Below the pieces are notes generated by a model. The model did no database searches, was not told the DNA's origin, and worked only from the letters and a program-made list of their open reading frames with translations. Of a stretch of 64,000 bases of DNA, positions 48,134-64,000 are shown one piece after another. The position numbers and the translations under genes were made by a program. Within the stretch, counting starts at the first letter, position 1. The number at the start of each line of letters is the position of its first letter. The stretch covers positions 352,001 through 416,000 of the forward strand of contig CBDBCZ010000012.1 of NCBI GenBank assembly GCA_965203295.1, given 5' to 3'. The DNA comes from Nitrospirales bacterium (GTDB taxonomy: Bacteria > Nitrospirota > Nitrospiria > Nitrospirales > UBA8639).

Positions 48134-51100
48134 CTAACTTCTACCTCTCCTATTAGGTGGCTCATCATACAGTTTCGGATTAGGGTCTTTCTTGAGTCTC
48201 TCATACGTTTTTTTAGCTTCTGCTTCTCTTTTTTTGGCATGATCAATGAGTACAGCACTTCTGTAACCTGAAATAGTAAGTATCATACAAGCACATAAAC
48301 AACCATGGTGCTCAAAAGGTATCGTCTGCACTTGCCACACACAGTATTGCTATGTTTGTGTATCATGGGGATTAGTAAGCTAAGCCTGCAAAGAAGTTAC
48401 TCATGCTATACATATATACCCTGTCATCCAACATGTTTATATGATCTACTTACTCTGATTCCCCATTCTGGATTCCTTTTGTGGTACACATGCACACATA
48501 CATGTTTTCATGTGATGTCTGAAACTGCAGCCAGAAAAGTTCAGGGTGTGGTTGCAGCTATAGTAACTAGTCTCTAGAAACATTTGCTATGACATTGTGC
48601 TGCATAATGGGACCTAGTCTATTGAGCTAGACTCTCCTCCATGCAAAGCTTTGCATGGAGGCTAGCTCAATAGACTAAACAGTACTCTGAACTCTGGGCT
48701 GGACTTAGTTAGTGTTGCAGCCATACCCAGGCTTGTAGCATGTTGCATGGGCGTATCAAAGGGACCAACAGTGCAATATATTTCATATTGCATGGCTTCT
48801 GGTGCAATCTATATATTTATTGTACACTGCGTGGGTGGATCAAAGGAACACACCTGTACTGTATTTTCCATACAGTGAACAAGGGTGCTGTATTGCACAT
48901 ACAGCACTGTGGGTGAACACTACAGTATTGCGGTTGACGTTATCATAACATTTCCAGGCACTTTTACAGTTTCAAACTAGAAGTCTCTAGCAGAGACATA
49001 CCCTGCGCCCCTGGACCCTGCAGACTGGAAACAGCATGTAGATCCGTATACCGTGTTCATGTAACGCCGTATACGAGCTGTAGGCATGGCTGGTCGCCGT
49101 AGTAATGACACAGGCGTTTCTCTATGCATACTCCAGTATGCTTTCTATCTCTTCTATGCTCCATGTTGAATAAAAGACTCGTATACCATACTTGAGCACT
49201 CACGTATGTCCGTATTCAAGCTGTAGGCATGACCAACTGCCGTAATAAAAAAGGCGTAACCAACTGCCGTATTAAAAAAATGGTGGAACACATAGATAAT
49301 CAGAAAAAGCATGGAAATGTCGAGAATAAACCGCTTTCTACTACCGTATTTCCGTGATCAGACGCCGCGGCTACGAATTATTTCATTGCGCGATTATCTG
49401 CGGCCACTATTCGAGGGTAGCCACTAATCGAGGGCGGCGTTTATTAGATTGAGCGGTTTACTGGATACGCAGCGATGCACAACGGCAGTTCAAATCCGTT
49501 TGAAAATTGCCGTTTGTGCCTCAACACTATCAAAAAGCTGTCACGCTACAATGCCAGCTGTTTTTTGGGGGGAGAGATATCAAAAATATAGACTCGCGGG
49601 CGGCCTCCGTCAGGCTCCAATCCCTTCGCAACCTCGAAAAAGACAAAGGTGAGGTCCGATAACTGTTAGCTAGCAAAGTTAAGTATTACTCTACTTTTAC
49701 AGTAGTTACTACAGCTTCTTGCTTATTCTTACCATGGTATTTGAATTTTAGCCGCGGCTACTAATCGAGGGCGGCCACTATTTCGTTCAGCACTTCCGGA
49801 GGTGCGGCTATAATTCGAGGGCGGCTACAAATCAAGGGCGGCATCTGATCGCGGAAATACGGTATATCAGGTACAGACAAGCTAATGTATCACAGATTTC
49901 AACATTAACCTCCTGTTTAGAAATTGTTGTAGCCTCTAAATCGCCCATTCGAAGTTTTTTTCAAAAAAATTATGACAGACGACGACAACGACGACGACAG
50001 ACGGACATAACCAATTGCTTAACCCAGCTTGCACATACGTGCGTGGGGTAATTAATTATCAGGTAAGCAGCAGTACTAGTATAGCACAACAGTACACAAG
50101 CATAAGATTACTTTTTACCAGCCGGAGCGCGCGCAGCGCGCGAACGGCTGGTACTAAGATTGATTTACGTTTTCCGCGTTTGTTTGTTTGTTTGTTTGTG
50201 CGTCCGCACTTATCACGTGCGCAAAATATTACGTCATACGTTACTATGCAACTGCAGTGTATAGCAGCTTTTGGAAGTTTGCGGGCCAAGCTACAGCAAA
50301 TGAAGGTAGTTTTGTGTTGCCTAGATGACGAAAACGTGGTAGGTAGCCGTAAAGATCCTATTTTGGTGGCGTATAGCTACTATCTGGAGGCGCATGACGA
50401 AACTGCTGAGTCAGCACTTTCGCTGTACCGTTCTAGGAATAATTATAGTATCTCTGGCTCTACAGCTGTAGTTCAATAGCTTGGTCTAAGCTGAGTTGTG
50501 TGTATTGTACGGGAAAGGCGTCCGGCTGGTTTTTTAGACATGAAATGTCAGACTTGTTCCAAGTTAGACATACACCTCACTATGCAGTGAAGTTGTTCTG
50601 ACAAGAGTTGGTAAATCTTCAAGAAAAGCTAAACAAAGCTCGTAAAGCACCATTTGCTCGGTAGGCCCTACAGTAAATCGGCCAACAGGAATCAAGACGG
50701 ACATAACATATTGGCAGATGAAGCTACAGCACGTAAAACACTCTGAGAAATTGTAGCAGGACTGAACGACAGCTAGGAAACACAGAAAGTAACCATCTAT
50801 CTCGAGCCTAGTGCAGTTTTGACACAAAATAGTAGGCTGGCAACGTCAACACACGCACGAAAACACATAAACTCAGCAAATAGCTTACCGTGCTGTCCCA
50901 CATCGCTCGAAATCAAGTCCTCTAGATCTAGTAGCTACTGCACTATAGTCGGTACATGTACAACAAATTTTAATCCTGATGTGGTTCCGTCAATCCACCC
51001 ACGCTGTGACAATAAACCAGTTGAAGCACCGTATATATTCATAAATTATTGCACTCGGGCGGGTCGAGAGGCACATACAGCACGAGGCTGGCCTTCGGCC

Positions 51101-54100
51101 TCGTGCTGTATGTGCCTCTCGACCCACTCCTCGTGCAATAATTTCCGTGCTGCACTCACTACGGTGCTTTAACTAATACATATTGCATCGGAAAGATATA
51201 TTGCACCGAAACTACCAACAGTGGTTCACAGATTATGAAAAGACAAACACCAAGAACGTGCTATAGAATTCATTTAACTTGACCGACTAGAGCTGGCTAG
51301 GCTTTCTAGAGCTCAGTAGACATTCACCAAGAGGTACTCAGCGGGGTATTTTAAGCGCTAAGCGTGACAAAAGTCTTTAACTACTCAAAATCTTCTCTAT
51401 ACCATCACAGACAGCACCGCTAGCAACTCTATTCAACTCCTAGCAACTCTATTCAAGATTAAAGCCAGCTAGTGGCTACAACAGTACACCAATCTAGCCC
51501 TTGCTTAGCCTCAACAGCTGGCAGTATGATGGTATTTCTGATGCCCAGCACTCTTACTGCTCAATCAAACAAGCCCAGTCTGTTCCATGCTACATATAAG
51601 TTAAACCACAGCTCCAGGTGGGGTGCATGTATGGGAAATCCACTCCAGCCCTTGGAGCTGTGGTTAAACCAATACTTGGCTGCTAGCCATATTAATGACA
51701 CAACAATTAAATGAACACATGTCCAGAGTCTGGCCTCTGCCGTATTGGAGTTTTTGACCACACTAAAAATGGTATTAGAGTTGTTGACCATGTTAAAAAT
51801 GGCCATAGAAAGAGCTGGACACTGGCAGAATAAAACTGTTTTGATCACTATTACAGATATACGTACTTTCATTAATATTTCGTTTAATGAAAAGCAGGAT
51901 CACCCACACAGAATGATGTACCCATAAATAGATATAACTGAGCAATGCAATATAGTAAACAACTGGGCATGCTGGCAATGGCATCCAAAAGCACTCATTG
52001 CTTGCTTTCTACTAGCACTTTTTATGGTCCTACTATGCTTTGTAACAAAAAAATAGCCACAAGAACAATGTGATCTTCTAACATTGGTAAGAGCACCACA
52101 ATCAGGGCATTTTTTAGATAGAGGCATGCTTGCCAACCCTTTTTGCCTGTAACAATGCAAAAAGAAGACAGCTCACCACAGTCGCAAAAGACGGCTCCGT
52201 TCAAACGTTACACGTGGCAAAGCTCGCCGGTATCACGCGCGCTGCAATCCCGTGATCGATCACATGTACTGATCTGTAGTATACACATGTAGGTCTATAG
52301 TCGCGCTCGAGATTTCGCTATATCTCTCGAAAGGAAGATGTTTAGAGAAATCTACGAGTCAGATCACTAAAGCGTGTCGTTTACATCTCGCTGGTATTGC
52401 AATTTTACCACTCAGTCCACTCGTGAAGCCGAGAGTGTCGAAAATGACAGAAAGACGGACAGACAGAATGACACAAACCGACTACTGTAACCCTCGCGCA
52501 TGCGCGCGCCGAGGGTTAATGAAGAAGTAGAGTTTAGCAGCAGCACTGACAGTGCAGTCACATAAGAATGTATGTATTTCCATATCATAATTTAGAAAGT
52601 ACACACACATTCATGGAAAATGCTGCCCGGACTGACTAAATAGCGAGGGCTCACAAACTCATGCTTACCCCAATTAGGTCAAACACAGCTGCTTAACAAA
52701 TGCAGCCTAGTAACCGACTTTTTTTTTGCCTTAGGGATGGCTGGGTATGAGGCTATAATGTCCGTTTATAACATGTACTTACTCTCTTTCACAGTTGTGA
52801 TAAGGCCACCTTCTTCTTTTTTCTGTTCTTGGGAGGGGTGCTTGATCAGCTCAGGGATGTTCAAGGCAGCCCTAGCTGGTGGTACTTTGAGCAGTAATAT
52901 TTGGCCCAATGAGAAGCCTGATGCTGTCAGCCAGTACATGAAAAGACCCTAGAAAGAACAGCAAAAGACTGTAAATCAGTTAGTGCAAAACTCAAAGCAC
53001 TCACAAGGCTATAATATCTAATACACAAGCCTGGTATGTCTTGCACAGTCATTGATGATGTTTCATGTTGTGGATGGTACGCTTAACAGCACATCACCCA
53101 CACAAGTGCTATTGATTTCATTGCGTAGTAAGCTCAAGAGAGGACTGACAATGGTACACACACATGCTTTGATCTTACAAGTTCAATTTCCATTTTCAAA
53201 GTACTATGTGAACATTTCCTGGTATACGGTATTTATATCCCCTTTGTGAAAGGAATACACTGTAGCAATTACAAACTTCAGCCTACACATGTCCTACATT
53301 TACATGTGTATGACTTTCACAGACATTCACCAAGCACTGTGGAGGACTACATAATGCTTAAGTGTATCACTTCATTCTGCAAATGTTTGCCTGCCAAACC
53401 CGTTACAAGACTGAACTTAAAGGAACTACATCACGCAAAATTGCTACGTATACACACACACAAAATTGCTACGTATACACAATTGTGTATATGCATACTC
53501 TTTCTGGATAAGCTCTTTATATAAACGATACATACCTAGCCATTCTGTGCAAGTAATTGCTGGTACCTGTATGACTTACAGACGGAAATGTGGCAGTGAT
53601 TGGAATCAAAAGGATGGACATAGCACGAAAGAAGGTTTTCAGTTTTTCTGTCTGAGGATTTGATACACCCGCTTCTCCTCCAAGCTGAGTGAAAAACATA
53701 ATAGTACAAACGCACATCATCACCATCACAACAAACATTTTTACTACATTTTGGAATGCAGCAGGTATAAAATATGGATGATTGCATATAGAGCGAAAGT
53801 AGGATAAGCTATCCTGCGTACAACGTTGCTGACATTGTATAGAGCACCACACTTCAACCATATGCTCAGAAACAAGTTATAACCTCATACACAGGCTCTT
53901 GCAGGGGAGGAAAGTAGAGCCTGGTACACACCGTTGTGCATGCTCAGTTCCCCCACGATTTCTGGAAATTTGAATATTAGCGGATACTATGGCGCAATAT
54001 TATCCGTCCATCATCGTATCACCGTCCGTTAGTATATTTGGCAAGTTACAAGTGCCAGGGAACAATTCTAAGCCATGTAGATGCCTTGAATGTCCACTTT

Positions 54101-57100
54101 TAAAGCGGTCATAAAGACAATTTTAGTTGGAGAAAGCCAGAAAGAGCTAATTCTACAGCTTACCATACCTCTATACTGCCTCCGTACTACTTCTTACCAT
54201 GTGGCTGAGGTCATTCACGGATACATTTACTGACTTTCCGAAAATTCTTGTGCATGTGCAAACAGTGAATGTTTAACTACACTGCATAAGCACTATTGGG
54301 TAGGGGAGTGAGTAATTTTTTAGTAACTAATTGAGAGTCTAGCTAGCCTTCCTAATTCTGTAGGAGGTGGTCAAACCAACCATACTTGCTGCGTTAGTTC
54401 TGTGTGTTTGCAACTACAAGGTTTATTAATACTGTTGTAAATGCAACCGTCTATAGCTATAATCTGTTCAACGGAACAGGTAACAAAGTTGCAGGCTGCC
54501 GTCACAATCATATATATATTATCACATACTTGCAGCTGGTTGTGTGTGTGCATACGTGACAGAAACTGAAGTTGCATGTATGCATTCCCAGATGTACTTT
54601 GAACCATGACTCAAAAATGAAAAACTCATTTGGGTGAAAAGAGATGATGCTTGCTCTTTCCAGCGGATATCACGAGACAACGCTTGCTCTTTTCGGTGAT
54701 CAGAGGCAGTGGTAAGTAGTGTTACACTATGTGTTCCACATGGATGTGCAACCAGCGCCCCCCGTTGCAACTGGATGCTGCACAGTGGAATGACCAACCC
54801 AGCAATTACTTGTTGCAGGTGTCAATGACTAGTACATTATGCTGGCACAATTTCGAGCGTAATAGTCAAGCATCAGGCATAATGCTTGCATGGTAGAAAA
54901 ATGTTTACATAAAATAAAATATGGAATGAATATGCATGTACAGCTGAAAGTGTTTTTCGTTGCTTACTGACTCCTTCAGTGACAATAAACACTTCAGAAG
55001 ACTACGTCCAAACCGCTCTCATGCTCCACTATTATCATCACTAATACTTGTACTGGCTACTTTGTGTAAAGTTCTAAGGTCTTAATATAGAGGACTATAA
55101 TCAAGCATATTAGGTAATGTGAGCAAGCATAATAGGTCATATGATCACGAAAAGGAGCATAGCATAATAAGTAAATTAAAAAGCATAATGTGCTCCCACT
55201 GTGCATCACGAGTTTGAAGGCAACAAGCATGCATGGCGGCTTGTGGCTTTCACTTTTGGTACTGTTTTGTGTTTGTCTGGTGTTATTTCATGATAAGTAG
55301 TGTGTGCGTTCCACACAGATGCGGAAGTATTATGATTTGTCTTAAGGTTGTATCAGGGCAGCTACACTGTCCGGTTCTACAACCAGGCAAAGCTGCAACG
55401 GGGATCATCCAGTTGTACATACAACTGGACAACTCTAAGCTACTCAGTGGCGCAACTGGATAAATTGAGTATTATGCACCTGGACAACTTCAGCGCTACC
55501 TGGTTATGCAACAGGGCAGTCCCGTTGTATAACTGGACGCCACTTTGTGCAGGGTTGCGCATTGTGCTGCCCAATTGTGCAGCCTGGGTACGAGGCTGCA
55601 CTTTTCCCGATTTTAATGTGCCTGGGTACGAGGCTAGGTATCCGGTTATGCAAATGGTGACCGGTTGCACAACTGGATAAGTTGTGCATCGGTACGAAAC
55701 ATATACGATTTGATAACAGTAACGAGTTTTCTAAATACATGACTATTGCATGGAGGCCTGCCATATATATAGAGTTTTCACGAGTCGTCACAGATCACGT
55801 GCTCCAGCAGTATATCCGTGTCACATTCCGTTAATGCCCGTTTTTGCCCAACTTGCGTGGGTGAGACTAGATTGGCATGTTATACAGTGGTCTCAGTAAC
55901 AGGGAACTTATGCGTTCAGTATCTTAGCTATCGCTGTGAGTCAGTTTTCAGGTGGGATAAAAATTGAGTGAATCTGCCGTGTAGACTACGAGTACGAGAG
56001 TACTTTCGGTCTTTATGCGTATGGCTATGTACGTTTGCTGCCCACCAAAATGGTGCCCTGACAACAGTTGCTACATGGTACATACACGTGACATAAGATG
56101 TAGTCCCGCGGGCCAGCCCACTTCCGCTTACAGGGAAAGTGGTCTGGGGAATTGCCATACTGGCATACGTCCCGCCGCTCTCTGGAGTGCGGTCCAATCA
56201 CAGTGCAGTATTCAGTCACATGATATATGAAGTATGCAATTAACGGGAAGATTACGCGTTGGCAGTATTACTATGTTGGCAGTAGTCACTTTTTTCGATA
56301 GCAATATTCAGCGACGAAGAGATCTATTGACAGAAATCTCTGCAGAAACATCTGTTGAGCAAGAGCAGAGCAAATGGACTTACCGAGTGAAGCGTCATAA
56401 GTTGGAGTGTAGTAGAGATTGAGAGAGTGGCTGCAGCGGCTGCTAAGAGTTAAAGCATAGATAGTTTGTTTATCAGCCTCCCTTCCTATTTTTTGCAGCT
56501 TTGCGTCGAAGATCTTCCCCCACATTGGTAAAGAAGCGTCACTGCACAGCGCTTTTCTGTCTCCCTGCGAGGTCTTGCAGCCACAGCCAAGGCAGGAAAC
56601 ATCTGATTCCATCGTGCCGTCGCACCGCTTGCGCTGCCGTACTAAGTGTAATGTAGTGCCACAGATAATATAGCTCCGTGACAAAGCTCTACGGTAGTAC
56701 AGCAACAGACGATAGCCACTCATAAACTCACACGTGGTAATTATCCCACGCTAACATGTGACTGTTGCGCAACTAATTAAATTCCGGAACAACGCATGCC
56801 AGTATGGCAGCTCCCCAGACCACCTTCCCTCTAAGCGGAAGTGGGCTGGCCCGCGAGACTACGTAAGATGATGTCAATGAAAACTCTCTATACAAGCTTG
56901 GCCAAAGGCCATGCTTTCTTAACTTACCTCTATAATAGCCATAAACGACATGCACGCCAGTGCTGGAAGAACATAATAGGGATCTGGAACTGTTAGATCA
57001 GTAAACCATAGCATTCCACCAGATTTCATACTCTCCACAGGTACGGCTGCCATTCTACGAATTGCTATAAAGAAACTCAGGAACACTGGTATTTGTACAG

Positions 57101-57704
57101 CTGGCATGATGAACATCTTGAATGGATGGCATTTGTGTTTCTGGTAAAGAGCAAGCAATTTTGCTGTCTGTTGAGCAGACTGGGTAGTATTCCCAGCCTG
57201 GTTACACTCTCGGATCTTGGCCATGATCTTATCCATCTCCGGCCGAATGTTATTCAGCCTGGCAGCATTCGCTTGAACACGGACAGCAATTGGGAACATG
57301 ACAGTTCGTAGTACAATTGTACTGGCAACAATAGCTGCCCACCACGGTAAATGAGAATGAATGTAGAGATACTCCAGCGACCACTGAATCAAACCTACTG
57401 GGCTATAGCCACCAAGACCGAGGCTTGTGAAATCACCCTGCGACTGAAGTTCTAAAGTTGCAGCAGCATCTGCTATCCACTTTGCATCAGCTGACGTTTC
57501 TAACGTGGATTGCACTGCTGCAGAAGTTGGAGTATCTACCGTAGCAGGGAGTTCATCCACACTACTACATGATACGCTATACAGGAGGACTTGTGATTGT
57601 CGAGTGATCCATCTGTTCTTCTGGCTTGGCTTCAGAGCCTGCACTCGTCTTGTAAGTAATGGTAGCAACTGGTTAGCATATTTAAACTGGACTTGGCGTG
57701 CCAT
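48134..57704 (-). CDS. OXA1L: Mitochondrial inner membrane insertase OXA1L, 4 coding exons, ~393 aa
   Basis: Exons 56928-57704, 53580-53684, 52783-52948, 48134-48267, in phase with GT-AG. Motifs LGLGGYSPVGLIQ, LPWWAAIVASTIVLR, QIPVFLSFFIAIRRMA..PVESMKSGGMLWFTDLTVPDPYYVLP, GLFMYWLT and a basic C-terminal tail. Confidence 0.95.
49344..49862. mobile_element. Non-autonomous pogo/Tc1-type element
   Basis: TA|CCGTATTTCCGTGATCAGACGCCGC ... GCGGCATCTGATCGCGGAAATACGG|TA, with internal GCGGCTACTAATCGAGG repeats. Confidence 0.85.
50111..50535 (+). mobile_element. DINE-1/HINE-like (Helentron-type) non-autonomous element
   Basis: T-run start, 5' ACCAGCCGGA with a nearby inverted CGGCTGGT, a (GTTT)n microsatellite, and 3' TCCGGCTGG followed by a T-run. 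Truncated reverse copy at ~62655-62737. Confidence 0.55.
56101..56861. mobile_element. 761-bp TAG...CTA element with 9-bp TSD in OXA1L intron 1
   Basis: ~60-bp TIRs TAGTCCCGCGGGCCAGCCCACTTCCGCTTA.. / ..TAAGCGGAAGTGGGCTGGCCCGCGAGACTA. Flanks CATAAGATG / CGTAAGATG (1 mismatch). Confidence 0.88.
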
Positions 57705-58095
57705 CACTGTACACAGAACGACAGAATGCGGGTCACACGTGGCTCACGGCTAGAATAGGGCGGGGTCTGGGCATGCCCGTACTACTATACCTAGTCTCTG
57801 ACCTAGTCTCGTTCCCAGCCTGCAATCGAGGCTATGGATAAGGATACACGCCATACAAGAGCATTAATTATGTCTGACATTAATCCCTGTTCAGGGGTAA
57901 AATTGTGTCAGAGGGGTGACACTGTGGATATTATTTGTCCGGAGTGTTCCTATTGAGTACGTATGTAATTACCTGTCTTTGGCATGAGCATGAGAGAATA
58001 TAATTTGTCCAGAGAGGGCTTGGAGCTATTATTAATTATGTCTGGAGGTTAATACAATGTGATAATGAGTCTTAGTGATGATTCATTCTAGTTTT

Positions 58096-58370
58096 TAGAC
58101 GCCGAGACCAAGGGATCTACGCAATTTAGAAACCCGAAGGCCCGAGGCTGTAGCGTCCCGAGCGAAGCGAGGGCGCTACTAAGGGCCTGAGGGTTTCTAA
58201 ATCGCGTGGATCCCATTGGTCGAGGTGTCTAAGTTATTTAGACTATAGCGCCCGTTACTATGTCCACAGGGCATGGGGTCTATATATAGACCCCATGCAT
58301 GGATATATGGGATTTAGATACCATGAGCTGACCAATGGGATTTCAAAGATTAGGCCTACTATAGTCTAAA
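58096..58370. repeat. Hairpin-rich interspersed repeat; reverse copy at ~61808-61965
   Basis: CCCGAGGCTGTAGCGTCCCGAGCGAAGCGAGGGCGCTACTAAG.. is matched in reverse complement at ~61880-61925. Confidence 0.8.
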
Positions 58371-58771
58371 GCCTCGTAGATCTACCCAGGCGCATTAAAT
58401 GCGCCTGGGTACGAGGCTAGTTTCATTAATGTTCTGAGGGTTTTGCAGGAATTAAGTGGTGCCTTGGGGTATGCCAAAATCCATTCCATTTTTCTATGGG
58501 GGTATATCTTTAATAAATGGAATAGCCCATTAGCTAGTCACGGGTCAACCCACTTCCGCTTAGAGGGAACGGGGGTCAGGCTCGTGAGACTATCATTTAG
58601 CAGTTCATCTACATTATTTACCTTTCCCATCACCCCATGTACACACCTTGCTGTAGATTAAAGAACTAGTACATGTAGCATGCAGCATGCAGAAAATAGT
58701 TTCGATTACAGTTGATTGTACACAATTGATCAAACTGTGTAGTACATAAAATCAGTCATAGTTTATCAATT

Positions 58772-63214
<4,443 letters not shown>

Positions 63215-64000
63215 CTATAAAAGGCAAATGAAGTAAATATGAACCCTTCCACACCCACAGACGTAATAACACTAGGAGGGAGATCATAGTACCAGTAATT
63301 TATTCTGCAAACAAGTATGCAGTAAACTTTTGCAGTCCTTCTTCAGCAACAATAATCATACTAGCACAACTGTATACGCAGCATCAACTCATTCATTACA
63401 ATGTCCTGCATTAAATTAGTTATCCATTAGGAGTACGGGTAGCTATCATACCGTAAACAGTCAGAGGTGCCTCCTTACTGTGAACTGCTTATATTCTAGC
63501 TAAGTAGCTAAGGCAAAAACAAATAGGATCAAACTACAATCTCTGACTATAATTTCTTGCCGTGCAATTACAGAATGGCTCAACCCACAAAGTGATTGCC
63601 AGCTATTCTGAAGAATGTGACATCAAACATATCTAAGTGTATGATCCAGTTCTCTAGCTCAGACAGCTTATATTTGGAGCATTTCAATATTTGTAATGAC
63701 CTTATGATCGCACATCCGCTTGCTGTATAGTATAAAAAATCTATGTACGTGTCAAACGTCAGCCTTCTTTATAGCGAGTTGAACTAGCTACCTTTCCTGG
63801 CCTGTGAGGAAGTTCCCATGACTAATACAGTTATTAATTTCACATAAACGATACATTAGACAAGGGGTGGGGCAGAGTCACTCAGAGTGGGGACATTGAT
63901 ATGTTCTACATCACATTCTTCATATAATCCAGAATAGCTGGCAACCACTTTGTGGTCTGAGCCATTCTGTAATTGAAGTTTAGAATGCTCTGTCTCATAT

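Overview
AT-rich, intron-rich animal genomic DNA. The repeat landscape and gene style suggest a demosponge or other non-bilaterian marine invertebrate (inference). Four conserved genes lie on the minus strand: a 14-exon tubby/TULP gene (16417-37489), an intronless four-jointed (FJX1-like) kinase, a 4-exon OXA1L and the 3' part of ARFGAP2/3. Introns and intergenic DNA are full of MITEs, a decayed Penelope-like element and LINE fragments. The most striking item is an apparently intact 2.47-kb DD34E IS630-Tc1-mariner transposon (41926-44396, TIRs plus TA duplication). It carries a second, convergent, intron-containing gene of unknown function. Also notable are a ~770-bp inverted repeat pair bracketing a CpG-rich promoter and signal-peptide exon, a TAG...CTA MITE group with 9-bp TSDs, and a foldback-like element carrying B-box/PHD remnants. 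All exon boundaries and repeat ends were read by eye and may be off by a few bases; no database searches were run.
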